Program-made: the position numbers and the translations under genes
Source of the DNA: Chitinophagaceae bacterium
Lineage (GTDB): Bacteria; Bacteroidota; Bacteroidia; Chitinophagales; Chitinophagaceae
Reading direction: 5' to 3'
Length of the DNA stretch: 54,072 bases
Assembly (NCBI GenBank): GCA_031386125.1
Contig: JANNCC010000040.1
Span: 1-54,072, forward strand
Notes under the pieces: generated by a model
Told to the model about the DNA's origin: nothing
Database searches by the model: none
What the model saw: only the letters and a program-made list of their open reading frames with translations
Part shown: positions 9,011 through 19,603 of the stretch, piece after piece
How the letters are laid out: every line of letters starts with the position of its first letter
Position numbering within the stretch: the stretch's first letter is position 1

Positions 9011-10261
9011 ATGCGTAATACTCCCTTCTGGTGGATACTGATAAGCTTCATGGTGCTGCTCGACATTTATTTCTTCCAGGCATTAAAAGTAATTTCTCAC
9101 TCCGCTTCAGGCCGTACCAAAACGATTATTTACACCAGTTACTGGGCTTTGTCCATTGCTGCTATCGTTATCCTACTGATACTGCCTTATATCCATTTTG
9201 AAAAACAAGCCCGGTTTGTAAAGACAACCATTTTTGCCATGATAGCCGGTTTGTTTTTTGCCAAACTGGTTGCTTCGCTTTTCTTTCTGATTGATGATGT
9301 TCGTCGTAGTGTGCAATGGGGGGCTAATAAATTATTTTCCCCCCAAAAAAAAGCTAAAGATTTACCAATCGGAGAAACTATTTCCCGTTCCGTTTTTCTC
9401 AGTTGGGCAGGTATGATAGTGGGTGGTGGCCTCTTTGGCACATTGATTTATGGCTTCAGAAACAAATACAACTACCAGATAAAAAGAGTAAAACTTAGTT
9501 ATGATAACCTGCCCGTCGCTTTTAGGGGATTGAAGATTGTTCATATCTCCGATATACACTCCGGCAGTTTTAATAACAAGGAGGCGGTGATGAAAGGGGT
9601 TTATAAAATAATGAAGGAGAAACCAGACCTTATTTTTTTTACAGGCGATCTGGTAAATAATCTTGCTGAAGAAATGAATGATTATATGGATGTGTTCGAT
9701 AAATTGAATGCACCGCTGGGAGTCTATTCTACGTTGGGCAATCATGATTATGGAGATTATGTCAATTGGAATAGTGCAGAAGACAAGAAGGCAAACCTTG
9801 AAAAACTAAAACAGGTTCATGCATCACTTGGCTGGCGGTTGCTGATGAATGAACATGTGGTGCTGGAAAAAGGCACTGATAAAATCGCTGTCATCGGCGT
9901 TGAAAACTGGAGTTCCAAGGCCCGGTTTCCCAAATATGGAGATTTGAAAAAAGCACACACTGGTGCAGATGCATACCCTTTTAAAATTTTGCTTAGTCAT
10001 GATCCTTCACACTGGAAAGCCCAGGTACTTGATGAATATCCCGATATTGACCTGATGCTTTCAGGTCATACTCACGGCATGCAGTTTGGCGTGGAAATAC
10101 CCGGTTTTAAATGGAGCCCCGTTCAATATGTCTATAAAGAATGGGCGGGTATTTATGAAAAAGCAAACCAGAAGCTTTATGTAAACAGAGGATTTGGTTT
10201 TCTTGGCTACCCCGGCCGGGTAGGCATTTTACCCGAAATCACTGTTTTGGAGCTTAGTTAA
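9011..10261 (+). CDS. Membrane-associated metallophosphoesterase (YkuE/YaeI-like)
   Basis: SDIH, TGD, LGNHD, LSHDP, SGHTHG motifs; N-terminal TM helices. Confidence 0.93.
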   Translation: MRNTPFWWILISFMVLLDIYFFQALKVISHSASGRTKTIIYTSYWALSIAAIVILLILPYIHFEKQARFVKTTIFAMIAGLFFAKLVASLFFLIDDVRRSVQWGANKLFSPQKKAKDLPIGETISRSVFLSWAGMIVGGGLFGTLIYGFRNKYNYQIKRVKLSYDNLPVAFRGLKIVHISDIHSGSFNNKEAVMKGVYKIMKEKPDLIFFTGDLVNNLAEEMNDYMDVFDKLNAPLGVYSTLGNHDYGDYVNWNSAEDKKANLEKLKQVHASLGWRLLMNEHVVLEKGTDKIAVIGVENWSSKARFPKYGDLKKAHTGADAYPFKILLSHDPSHWKAQVLDEYPDIDLMLSGHTHGMQFGVEIPGFKWSPVQYVYKEWAGIYEKANQKLYVNRGFGFLGYPGRVGILPEITVLELS

Positions 10262-10392
10262 GTGATTTTTCTGCCTCTTTTACCAATATTTTCTGCATTC
10301 TTTTCGTTTTGAGTTTGCCCAGTGCAGAACATTAAACTTTTTTTTAACCTTTAAGTCTTAAAAACCACTATTCTGAACCCACAATTTCCAGG

Positions 10393-11442
10393 ATGCCGGA
10401 ATACGACTGCCCGATGCTGAAAAAATGGTCTATACTACTGGCTTTTATTATGCCGGGTGCTTTTGTCTATTCGCAAAATAACCCTGTGGACTCTGTAATA
10501 ACACCTGTAACTGATATTTCTGTAATAGACACCACACTTAATTATGATGAGTTGTTCCAGGATTTTGATGCCTTCATAGATTCCATTTTATCTCCGCACA
10601 GTTATTTTCTCGTCAGCCTTTCAATGGCGAAAGGTTATTATAGTTTTGAAAGAAAAAACGGCAGTGTTATTGAAACAGCAAAAAAACTGACCTATTCCCC
10701 AACTATCGGTTATTATCACAAAGGTGGGTTGGGCATCACAGGAACCGGTTATATTGTTAATGATGGTACGAATACGAACTTTTATCAGGGAGCTGTTACT
10801 CCATCATTTGATTATTTGAAAAATAAAAATTTTGCAACCGGCCTTTCTTATACCAAATTCCTTACAAAAGATTCGTTACCCTTTTACACCACTCCTTTGC
10901 AAAATGAATTGTATGCTTATTTCACTTACCGAAAGTGGTGGGTGAGGCCGATGATAGCCCTGAGCTATGGCTGGGGTAGCCGTACTGATTATGCAGAGAG
11001 AGAATCCCTAATTCAGGATTTGCGGCTCCGGAGAAGAGGATTTACCTATATCAATACAGAAGAGACAGTGAGTGACTTTTCGCTGGTAACATCTGTCCGT
11101 CATGATTTTTACTGGCTCGATGTGTTAACATATAAAGACCATATCCGCTTTACACCACAAATAACTTTTACGAGTGGCACACAAAAATTTGGTTTCAATC
11201 AGTCTTCCAGCACTTATGCTACTAATATCCGCACTAACTCAAGTGTTCTGTACAGCACTGAAAACTTGTACCTGGATGACGAGATAAAATTTCAGCCACT
11301 CTCATTAACCATGTATCTCCGTGGCGAATATTCCATTGGTAAATTCTTTGTACAGCCACAGCTTGCGATGGATTATTATTTTCCCGCTACCAGCAATAAT
11401 TTCAACGCCATCTTCTCTGTCAACATTGGTTGCATGTTCTGA
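10393..11442 (+). CDS. Hypothetical outer-membrane beta-barrel protein (start may be 10414)
   Basis: Signal peptide, alternating aromatic beta-strand pattern, C-terminal Phe. Confidence 0.65.
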   Translation: MPEYDCPMLKKWSILLAFIMPGAFVYSQNNPVDSVITPVTDISVIDTTLNYDELFQDFDAFIDSILSPHSYFLVSLSMAKGYYSFERKNGSVIETAKKLTYSPTIGYYHKGGLGITGTGYIVNDGTNTNFYQGAVTPSFDYLKNKNFATGLSYTKFLTKDSLPFYTTPLQNELYAYFTYRKWWVRPMIALSYGWGSRTDYAERESLIQDLRLRRRGFTYINTEETVSDFSLVTSVRHDFYWLDVLTYKDHIRFTPQITFTSGTQKFGFNQSSSTYATNIRTNSSVLYSTENLYLDDEIKFQPLSLTMYLRGEYSIGKFFVQPQLAMDYYFPATSNNFNAIFSVNIGCMF

Positions 11443-11510
11443 TTTTTGATATTTCGCCCGGTTCAGTATTTCAATGGAATAAAATCTTAACATTTTCCGG
11501 GCAATAGAAA

Positions 11511-11537
11511 GGTTACATAATCTGTTTTGGAAATTAC
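11511..11537 (+). promoter_or_regulatory. Putative ECF sigma promoter, site A
   Basis: GGTTACAT-N15-TTAC, same spacing as the sites at 24176, 25652 and 30260. Confidence 0.55.
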
Positions 11538-11642
11538 TACTTGTCGTTAAGAGAATTTAACAGGTAAACCGGGTTACTGGCATTATACTTGAAATTTTTG
11601 ATGGTCAATTTTAGTGCCCCAAAAACAAATAAACTACTAAAC

Positions 11643-12239
11643 ATGAAAATGAAAACAAAACTCCTTTCGCTGGCTGCATTCGTATTATTGTCAAACGCAG
11701 CAATGGCTCAGTTCCATATCGGTGCAAAAGCCGGTGCCAATGTTACCAAAATAGAGGGTAAATCGTTTAAAGATGAATTCAGGTATGGTTACCATCTCGG
11801 TGGGTTTGCAGAGGTTCGCCTGGGGAATAAATTCGTTTTACAGCCCGAAGTTCTCTTCAACCAGTATTCTACCACTGTAGATAGTAGTTTCAAAAACATT
11901 TATCAGAATGCTGTCAGCTCATCAAACCAGCGTAAAGTAAAACTTAACTATCTCTCTATCCCTATTTTACTCAATTATAAACTGATAGGCAGCTTTCTTT
12001 CCCTTCAGGCAGGCCCCCAGTTTAGTGTGCTGATGAACAATGATAAAACATTACTGCAAAATGGCGGCGAAGCCTTCGCAAATGGTGATTTCTCTATGCT
12101 GGCAGGTGTGCAAGTAAAAGTGGCTGCTATCCGTATCAATGGCCGCTACGCAGTAGGTCTTACTAATTTGAACGATATAGATAACCAGGACAGGTGGAAA
12201 AGCCAGAGTTTCCAGGTATCCGTTGGATTAGCCTTATAA
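11643..12239 (+). CDS. Porin / outer-membrane beta-barrel family protein (start reassigned to ATG 11643 or 11649)
   Basis: Signal peptide; GAKAGAN, LQPEVLF, LNYLSIPILL, LQAGPQFS motifs typical of small Bacteroidota beta-barrels. Confidence 0.85.
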   Translation: MKMKTKLLSLAAFVLLSNAAMAQFHIGAKAGANVTKIEGKSFKDEFRYGYHLGGFAEVRLGNKFVLQPEVLFNQYSTTVDSSFKNIYQNAVSSSNQRKVKLNYLSIPILLNYKLIGSFLSLQAGPQFSVLMNNDKTLLQNGGEAFANGDFSMLAGVQVKVAAIRINGRYAVGLTNLNDIDNQDRWKSQSFQVSVGLAL

Positions 12240-12260
12240 AATCGTAATTCTTATGAATAA

Positions 12261-12290
12261 AGTCTCCTGGTTAGCCGGGAGATTTTTTTT
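12261..12290 (+). terminator. Rho-independent terminator
   Basis: AGTCTCCTGG-TTAG-CCGGGAGATT followed by T-run, downstream of the porin gene. Confidence 0.8.
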
Positions 12291-12440
12291 GCCCAAACAG
12301 TTCCATTTCAACCACATAGTTTGTCAGTTTTTAATTGGCAGGCATGAATCTTGGCAATACTGATTTCCCGTTATATTTTTACCGTTCCGCCTTGTTTGAA
12401 GCAAGATAGGTGACAGATTGACTAAAGAAGAAAGAAGATT

Positions 12441-14852
12441 ATGGATATGAACATTGAAAAATTTTTACTGCGTACAGAGGATGAGATGGATTTTCTGCCG
12501 ATTATTCCCCTGAATGAGAGTGATCAGGAGGACCTGAATGGTATTGAAGTTCCCCCTGAAATAGCTTTGCTGCCGCTTAGAAATACGGTTCTTTTCCCCG
12601 GGGTGGTGCTGCCCATTACAGTAGGTCGGGATAAGAGCATTAAAGCAGTAAATGATGCCTATAAAGGAGACAAATTAATAGGTGTTGTAGCTCAAAAAGA
12701 TAGTAATATAGAAGAGCCGGAAATGAAGGATCTGGAGAGTATAGGTACTGTTGCCAAAATAGTGAAGCTGATTAAAATGCCTGATGGAGGTACCACTATT
12801 ATAATCCAGGGTAAAAACCGGTTTTTGATAGAATCCATTTTTGAAGAAGACCCTTATTTCAAAGCAAAGATTAAAAAGCTGGACGAAGAAGAGTCGCCGA
12901 AGGATGAAGATTTCAATGCGTATGTTGCCAATATCAAAGATCTGGCGGCCGACATTGTACATCTCTCACCCAATATACCGACGGAGGCATCCATCATTCT
13001 CCGTAATATTGAGAACCCGGCTTTCCTGATTCATTTTGTTTCCAGCAATTTGAATACAGATATCAAGGATAAACAACGGTTGCTGGAACTGAACCAGATT
13101 CGCCAACGGGCAGACTTGCTGATGCAATTGCTGCAAAAGGAATTGCAGTTTGTTGAATTGAAAAATAAAGTAACCAGCAAGACGAGGACTGAATTAGACA
13201 AACAGCAAAGAGAATACTTTCTGCAGCAGCAGATGAAGAGTATAAAAGATGAACTGGGCGGCGATAGTAATTTGCAGGAGATAAAAGAAATGCAGAAAAA
13301 GGCAGAAGCCAAAAAATGGCCGGCTCCTGCAAAAGAAGCATTTAAGAAAGGGATTGAAAAATTAGAGAGAATGCACCCCAGCACCCCTGATTTTTCCGTG
13401 GTGTATAATCACCTTGACCTGATGCTTGATTTGCCTTGGGAAAGCTATACAGAAGACCACTACGATTTAAAGAAAGCGAAGAAGACACTCGATATTGATC
13501 ATTATGGAATGCATAAGATTAAAGAAAGGATTTTGGAATACCTCGCCGTGCTGAAGCTGAAAGGCGATATGAAAAGCCCGATACTTTGTTTCGTTGGACC
13601 TCCCGGTATTGGTAAAACATCATTGGGAAGAAGTATTGCCAATGCTATCGGCAGAAAATATGTGCGGCTGAGTTTGGGTGGTCTGCATGATGAAAGCGAA
13701 ATAAGAGGGCACAGGAAAACGTATATCGGCGCCATGCCGGGAAGAATTTTGCAATCTATCCGTAAAGTAAAATCATCTAACCCGGTAATGATTTTAGATG
13801 AGATTGATAAAGTAGGCAGCGATCACCGGGGCGACCCTTCTTCTGCATTGCTGGAAGTGCTTGACCCGGAGCAGAACCATACTTTTTATGATAATTACCT
13901 GGAAGCTGAATATGATTTGAGCAAAGTTTTATTTATTGCGACAGCTAATAATGTTCAGAATATTCAACCAGCATTAAGAGACCGGTTAGAAATTATTGAC
14001 CTCAGCGGATATGCCGTAGAAGAGAAAATGGAGATAGCCAAACGTCATCTGTTTCCCAAACAAAAAGACCTGCACGGTCTGAAGAGCAGCAATTTTAAAA
14101 TGAGTGATAAAGTGCTGGAGAAAGTAATACAGGACTATACCAGGGAAAGTGGTGTAAGGGAACTGGACAGGCAACTGGCTTCCATCATGCGGTATCAGGC
14201 CCGCCAATTGGTATTGAAAGGAAAACTGAAAGCAGCATTAACGGCTGAAGACATTGAAAAGATGCTCGGTAAACCAAAGTACAGTAATGACATTTATAAA
14301 ACCGCAAATATGGCAGGCGTGGCTGTCGGGCTTGCTTGGACTTATGTGGGCGGCGAAATTCTTTTTATAGAAACCAGCCTGAGTGACGGGAAAGGCGAAC
14401 TGAAACTGACGGGTAACTTGGGTAATGTGATGAAGGAAAGTGCCAGCACTGCACTAACTTATTTGCAGTCAAGTGCCAATAAATATAAGTTGGACAAAAA
14501 ACTGTTTGAAAAGAAAAATATTCATATCCATGTGCCCGAAGGTGCGGTGCCTAAGGATGGACCCAGTGCCGGTATTACCATGATGTCGGCGATCGCTTCT
14601 GCTTTAACTGGCAAAAGAGTGAAACCCTTTCTTGCTATGACGGGTGAGATTACTTTAAGAGGACAAGTGCTGCCAGTTGGCGGTATCAAAGAAAAAGTGC
14701 TGGCAGCAAAGAGAGCCGGTTTAAAGGAAATTGTACTCTGCTGGCAGAATGAGAAGGATGTGCAGGAGATAGAACAAGAGTTTATTAAGGGCATCAAATT
14801 CCATTATGTAAAGACGATGAGCCAGGTGCTGGATCTGGCACTGGTCGGTTAA
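12441..14852 (+). CDS. lon: ATP-dependent protease Lon
   Basis: GPPGIGKTS Walker A, LDEIDK, PKDGPSAG catalytic Ser motif. Confidence 0.98.
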   Translation: MDMNIEKFLLRTEDEMDFLPIIPLNESDQEDLNGIEVPPEIALLPLRNTVLFPGVVLPITVGRDKSIKAVNDAYKGDKLIGVVAQKDSNIEEPEMKDLESIGTVAKIVKLIKMPDGGTTIIIQGKNRFLIESIFEEDPYFKAKIKKLDEEESPKDEDFNAYVANIKDLAADIVHLSPNIPTEASIILRNIENPAFLIHFVSSNLNTDIKDKQRLLELNQIRQRADLLMQLLQKELQFVELKNKVTSKTRTELDKQQREYFLQQQMKSIKDELGGDSNLQEIKEMQKKAEAKKWPAPAKEAFKKGIEKLERMHPSTPDFSVVYNHLDLMLDLPWESYTEDHYDLKKAKKTLDIDHYGMHKIKERILEYLAVLKLKGDMKSPILCFVGPPGIGKTSLGRSIANAIGRKYVRLSLGGLHDESEIRGHRKTYIGAMPGRILQSIRKVKSSNPVMILDEIDKVGSDHRGDPSSALLEVLDPEQNHTFYDNYLEAEYDLSKVLFIATANNVQNIQPALRDRLEIIDLSGYAVEEKMEIAKRHLFPKQKDLHGLKSSNFKMSDKVLEKVIQDYTRESGVRELDRQLASIMRYQARQLVLKGKLKAALTAEDIEKMLGKPKYSNDIYKTANMAGVAVGLAWTYVGGEILFIETSLSDGKGELKLTGNLGNVMKESASTALTYLQSSANKYKLDKKLFEKKNIHIHVPEGAVPKDGPSAGITMMSAIASALTGKRVKPFLAMTGEITLRGQVLPVGGIKEKVLAAKRAGLKEIVLCWQNEKDVQEIEQEFIKGIKFHYVKTMSQVLDLALVG

Positions 14853-14926
14853 AATATTTTTAGAAACTACTCAACCAACTGTCTTTTCTGTTGTTATCAT
14901 TATTCATGTTGGTTGGTTAAGGTTTG

Positions 14927-14980
14927 TCCCGATAATATCGGGAGTAAGAAATCCTCTCTTTTTTAAGGGAGGATTTTGTT
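14927..14980 (+). terminator. Small palindrome plus terminator hairpin after lon
   Basis: TCCCGAT-AAT-ATCGGGA (14927-14943), then AAATCCTCTCTT...AAGGGAGGATTT and T-rich tail. Confidence 0.6.
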
Positions 14981-16069
14981 TTGGCAATGGCTTATTTTCG
15001 TAAGGCTTTGTACAGCCGGATTATAATATGGTTACTATTACTGTCGGTAAATGCTTCTGCCCAAACCCTCGGCGGCAATTCTGTTTTCAACTTTCTCAAA
15101 CTGTCCAACACCCCGCAGTTAACTGCTCTTGGAGGAATAAATGTTTCCCAGACTTCCAACGATGTAGGGCTGGTCTTTAATAACCCGGCATTACTAAAGC
15201 CCTCCATGCACACACAGATGAATGCGGTGTTTAATAGTTTTTATAGTGGCATCAAAGCGTATCATTTGTCGTTGGGGTATCGCAATGAAAAAATAAATAC
15301 TAATTTTTCCTGGGGGCTTAACTATTTTGGCTACGGCAATACATCCGAAACAGATGCTTCGGGAAATGTGCTGGGAAAATTCAGACCCACGGATTGGGTA
15401 ATGCAGGTGTCCGCATCCAGAACTTATATGGAGAAATGGCATTACGGGGCAACGCTTAAGTTCATCAGTTCCAATTATGGGCAGTACAGTTCCAATGGAC
15501 TTGCCATTGATGTGGGAATTTTATTTCATGACTCTTCCAAACTGTTTTCTGTTGCTATCGTGGCAAAAAACATGGGCACTCAATTAAAAAAGTATGAGGG
15601 CACCGACCCGGATGATTTACCTTTTGATTTGCAAATTGGGTTTACCAAACGATTAGTCAGTGCCCCTTTCGGCTTTTCGTTAACTGCCCAACGGATACAC
15701 CAGTTTAATATTAATTACAACGACACCACTTTCAACAACGAAAATGGATTTGACAATAGCAGTGAAAAGAAATTCTCGTTTGATAAATTGTTGAATCACC
15801 TCGTACTTGCCACCACTATTTATGCAGGCGACCGGGTAGAAGTAATGGCGGCGTATAATTTTTTGCGGCGAAAAGAATTAAATATAAGTAATGCTGCCAA
15901 TGGGCTAAATGGTTTTTCGTTGGGTGCTGGGGTAATGTTGGGCAAACTGCAGGTAAGATATGCCCGGGCTTATTATCAAAGCAATACTGCTTTCAACCAG
16001 CTTGGGTTAAATATGAAACTGAATGACTACTTCGGACTGGGAAAATTTGGTGAACGTATTGGCTGGTAA
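14981..16069 (+). CDS. porQ: Type IX secretion system protein PorQ (ATG start probably 14987)
   Basis: QTLGGNSVFNFLKL...ALGG, NPALL, LPFDLQIG, YNFLRRKEL pattern of PorQ/PorV-family barrels. Confidence 0.8.
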   Translation: MAMAYFRKALYSRIIIWLLLLSVNASAQTLGGNSVFNFLKLSNTPQLTALGGINVSQTSNDVGLVFNNPALLKPSMHTQMNAVFNSFYSGIKAYHLSLGYRNEKINTNFSWGLNYFGYGNTSETDASGNVLGKFRPTDWVMQVSASRTYMEKWHYGATLKFISSNYGQYSSNGLAIDVGILFHDSSKLFSVAIVAKNMGTQLKKYEGTDPDDLPFDLQIGFTKRLVSAPFGFSLTAQRIHQFNINYNDTTFNNENGFDNSSEKKFSFDKLLNHLVLATTIYAGDRVEVMAAYNFLRRKELNISNAANGLNGFSLGAGVMLGKLQVRYARAYYQSNTAFNQLGLNMKLNDYFGLGKFGERIGW

Positions 16070-16074
16070 AAACC

Positions 16075-16707
16075 TTACACTATCCATTTATAGATTTCAA
16101 ACACTTCGGCATAGGCAGCATTCGCCTGCACACCTCTTACTTTAGCCAACGACCGTGTAAAATCTTCCTGCATATAATTGCGGTGCGATTGTGATTGGTA
16201 GGACTTTAATGATTCCACCTTTTTATCCAACTCTGTTTTCGACAGGCGGATAAAAAAGTTTGTGTGGAAACTGAAATTGTTCCAGGGTAATTCATACCCG
16301 GCAAATGTTACATTCTTAAAAGCTCTCATTCCTTCCTGGTGAATAACCTGATGATCCTGGTGAATATCAGAAGCGGCAGGAAGCAAGACTAAATCAGGAT
16401 TAATGTTTGTATTTAACTGTAATAACTTTTCTAATACCTGCTGCCGGAACCCGGGCAGGTTTCTTACTTCATAATTAAACAGGATAAGGTTAGAGGCGGG
16501 TATGCCTAAAATGGCTGTTGCCTTACGGCATTCCAGTTCCAGTGTATTGGCTGGCAACGATGCAGGTAATGATTTTGAACACAGGCAAAAAGCAGCGTAG
16601 TAAACCTCTTTGCCTTCTGCACAAAACTTTGCGATACTGCCGCCGCAGCCTAACTCACCATCATCTGTGTGCGGTGCCAGTACTAATATTTTTTGGGGGT
16701 TGAACAT
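16075..16707 (-). CDS. PIG-L/LmbE family deacetylase (start reassigned to 16707)
   Basis: LAPHTDDGELGCGG and DIHQDH metal-binding motifs, YQSQ. Confidence 0.92.
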   Translation of the reverse strand: MFNPQKILVLAPHTDDGELGCGGSIAKFCAEGKEVYYAAFCLCSKSLPASLPANTLELECRKATAILGIPASNLILFNYEVRNLPGFRQQVLEKLLQLNTNINPDLVLLPAASDIHQDHQVIHQEGMRAFKNVTFAGYELPWNNFSFHTNFFIRLSKTELDKKVESLKSYQSQSHRNYMQEDFTRSLAKVRGVQANAAYAEVFEIYKWIV

Positions 16708-16749
16708 GAAGTACAAAAATAGAAGATAAAAGGGCTGAAACAAATTTGA

Positions 16750-18231
16750 TTAATCCCGCAAATAACTGGTTGAATCTTTCAGATAAGGTAGCCGTTGGCT
16801 AAAGGCAATGTTCAAAACTGTTCTGAAAAAATTAACTCCGGTAAGACTATCGCTAAAACCAGAATAGTTTTTTGAAGGCAAATAAACAGAAGCCAGGTTC
16901 AGAAAATGATATTTTGTATCAACAGGGTTATTAAAATGCCGGAAACCATGATCTCCCATTAGTACAACGATAGGAGGAGATACCGATGATTTCAGAATAT
17001 GGTCAACTAAGGCCAGTAATTTTTTATTAGCATATTGCAGGTATTCAATATAGGCTTCTTTATTTCCCTGGTTACCTTCCAATAGTTTCTCAAAAGGTTG
17101 TTCTTTTCCATTCTTGTCAAAATAGTAAGGATAATGAGGCATCATCAGGTGCGAATACACAAATTTCGGTGAAACTGTTTTCTGCTCTGACAGTTTCCAC
17201 GTCAGGTCATAAATATTTTCATTGTTATTCTTATTACCGTAAGTAAGAATTTTCTGGTTCTTTTTTGACTTCCAGCGGTAAACAAAATTGAAACGAATTT
17301 CCTTGTCAAACCGGCTCAAAAAAGTCTGGGCAGTGATAAGCCTTGTTTTAACAGGCAAAAAAGTTTCTCTCACTCTGGCAGGCTGTCCCTCGAAGTCGAA
17401 AACCGAGTAATTGTAAAAATCATACTGATGATACCGGAGGAACCGGAGCAGGTTGTTATCACGGATAGATGTATAGCTGTAAGTGAGGTCAGGTTTAGCC
17501 CTGTCTTTCCCTTTCAGGTCCAGGTAATTCATATTCAAAATGGAAGCTACTGAGAAAGGAGTATAATTATAATTACTGCGGCTTTCAGGGATAGTATGAA
17601 AATCCAATGCGGCAAGCTGCTTTAAAAATACACTGTCATTAAATTGAAACAAATCTTTTAATTCACTGTTACCGGCATATTCGTCGGCCAGTATAAAATA
17701 AATATCCGGCTTGGGGCAACTGGCACAGGCAGCAAACCCCTCCGGCAGGGTATAAGAAGTTTTTTTCTTCGTTATTATTTTGCCAGATAGTAATCCTGTA
17801 TCTACTAGCAGCAGTACTACCAAAAGTACATTCAGGTAGTAAGTGAGTTTTAATAAAGATGTTTTTCTTTTCTTTAATACTATCAGTAAAACAACAAACA
17901 GCAGGACGGCGGCAGGCAGGATAAATGTGTATTTAGCAATAAATGATCCGGGAAAGAATTTTTTTAACCCGTCATGTACGCTGCCAAAAAAGAAGTTGAA
18001 GGCCATTATCCAAAAAGCGGCCAGGTTGGCTTTGGTGAAATTGCGATACAGCAACCAGCACAGCAGTGATAAAAGCAGGGAGCAGCACAGGTAGATACCA
18101 GTGAGTAACAAGGCATCTTTTACAGGGATAAAATTATAGTTTTCTGTAAAGCCATGCAGTACAAAAAATGGCGGTAACAAAAAGAGAAAAACTGGTTTTG
18201 TCCGGATTATATGGAGTAGTTTATCCTTCAT
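16750..18231 (-). CDS. Membrane-bound sulfatase/LTA-synthase-like alkaline phosphatase superfamily protein (NoeB-like)
   Basis: Five N-terminal TM segments; PDIYFILADEY, SNYNYT, HLMMPHYPY, MGDHG motifs. Confidence 0.8.
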   Translation of the reverse strand: MKDKLLHIIRTKPVFLFLLPPFFVLHGFTENYNFIPVKDALLLTGIYLCCSLLLSLLCWLLYRNFTKANLAAFWIMAFNFFFGSVHDGLKKFFPGSFIAKYTFILPAAVLLFVVLLIVLKKRKTSLLKLTYYLNVLLVVLLLVDTGLLSGKIITKKKTSYTLPEGFAACASCPKPDIYFILADEYAGNSELKDLFQFNDSVFLKQLAALDFHTIPESRSNYNYTPFSVASILNMNYLDLKGKDRAKPDLTYSYTSIRDNNLLRFLRYHQYDFYNYSVFDFEGQPARVRETFLPVKTRLITAQTFLSRFDKEIRFNFVYRWKSKKNQKILTYGNKNNNENIYDLTWKLSEQKTVSPKFVYSHLMMPHYPYYFDKNGKEQPFEKLLEGNQGNKEAYIEYLQYANKKLLALVDHILKSSVSPPIVVLMGDHGFRHFNNPVDTKYHFLNLASVYLPSKNYSGFSDSLTGVNFFRTVLNIAFSQRLPYLKDSTSYLRD

Positions 18232-19603
18232 TTTTTTTCATCAGGTATAATGTTCTTTCTGATCCGGCTATTATTTGTTTTTCTTCAATGGTGAAATACC
18301 TTCGGAAAGTTGACAGAAAATTTTTTTCCGTGTAAGCAGTATAAATATCTTTTTTGTTTGTCAGCATCAATTGAATTTTGTCATCCTGTTTTGGTACAAA
18401 CTCAATAATGAGATAACGACCTACCCGATGGAACAGGGCAGCAATTTTATCGAAGGGGATATTTTTTCCGATAGAAAGATGGTGAATAAGGGCAAGAGCA
18501 AGCACAAGATCAACGTTGGTCCGGTTAATAAAGGAATCTCTCTCTTCGTTATTTACCCCGATAGCCGGAGACGGTTTTGAAAGGTCGAGTATGACCGGCA
18601 GTATATTTTTTTCGCCACTTATCTTTATTTGATTGTACAAAGTGTTTATGCAAAAAGCATCAAAATCGGCGGCAATGATTTGTATATTATTTGCGGCGGC
18701 TAATTTTGAAAACTCGCCGTTATTGGCACCGAGGTCGGCAGCAGTAGCTATAGGTTTTATTTTTTCAAGCCATTGCTGAATGATTTGCTGTTTGCTTTGC
18801 AGGTAATCTGTTCGCTGGGAGGCTTCATCGTAATAAGCAGACCAGGTGCTTTTACTGTCCGGTAGTTTTAATTTTTTAATTAATATTTCAAGACCTGACA
18901 CCAGGTTCAGCAGTTTCTTTTTTGAAAAACTAGTTCTCTTCACATTTTGAGCCGGATGTTTTGCACTATACTTTGCATGCAGATGAATGTGCAGGTAAGT
19001 ATGAATAGAAAATTTAGTTCGCCGGGGAAGCAATGACTGTGTTACTTGTAAAGGAATGCCGTCACTGTATGCCAACAGCATTTCCTGCAAAGGCATTTTG
19101 AAGTAATGTGTCAGCAGAAGAGGTGATAAAAAGGTCTCACAAAACTGCCGGTAGGCAATCCATGGAAATGTTTCGTCATACTTTTCAAACGAGAGGGAAT
19201 CAATAAAAACAAGTTTGCCATTATGCCATTGAATATTATAAGGCGTTGCATCCTTTACTATCATTTCATATGCAAGAGCTTCTTTCAGCAAGTCAAGAGT
19301 GAGTATAGCAGCGTCTTTTAGCATATCAAAACTCCACTCATAAGGATAAGAGATAAAGGGAACCTGCTCAGGTTTTAGTGTGGTATGCCACTGGTTGTCA
19401 CCTGTAAGATTTTCATCGATAATTTCATGAGTAATAAGATGACCTCTCTTAACAAGATTTTCGTAGCACCCGCTGGCAATAAAAAAATCAAAATGTTCGC
19501 TGAATACTTTATTCACCTGTCTGTACAGCACACCATTTTTCCTGAAAACAAATCCCGACGGATCCCGGTAGGAGGAAGGGTGATGAATAAAACTATCTGG
19601 CAT
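18221..19603 (-). CDS. Kinase-like / class I SAM methyltransferase fusion (NoeA-like)
   Basis: N-terminal SYRDPSG, ISYPYEW, KDATPYNI, FIDSLSF; C-terminal DLGANNG SAM-binding motif, LALIHH, IIEFVP. Confidence 0.82.
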   Translation of the reverse strand: MPDSFIHHPSSYRDPSGFVFRKNGVLYRQVNKVFSEHFDFFIASGCYENLVKRGHLITHEIIDENLTGDNQWHTTLKPEQVPFISYPYEWSFDMLKDAAILTLDLLKEALAYEMIVKDATPYNIQWHNGKLVFIDSLSFEKYDETFPWIAYRQFCETFLSPLLLTHYFKMPLQEMLLAYSDGIPLQVTQSLLPRRTKFSIHTYLHIHLHAKYSAKHPAQNVKRTSFSKKKLLNLVSGLEILIKKLKLPDSKSTWSAYYDEASQRTDYLQSKQQIIQQWLEKIKPIATAADLGANNGEFSKLAAANNIQIIAADFDAFCINTLYNQIKISGEKNILPVILDLSKPSPAIGVNNEERDSFINRTNVDLVLALALIHHLSIGKNIPFDKIAALFHRVGRYLIIEFVPKQDDKIQLMLTNKKDIYTAYTEKNFLSTFRRYFTIEEKQIIAGSERTLYLMKKNEG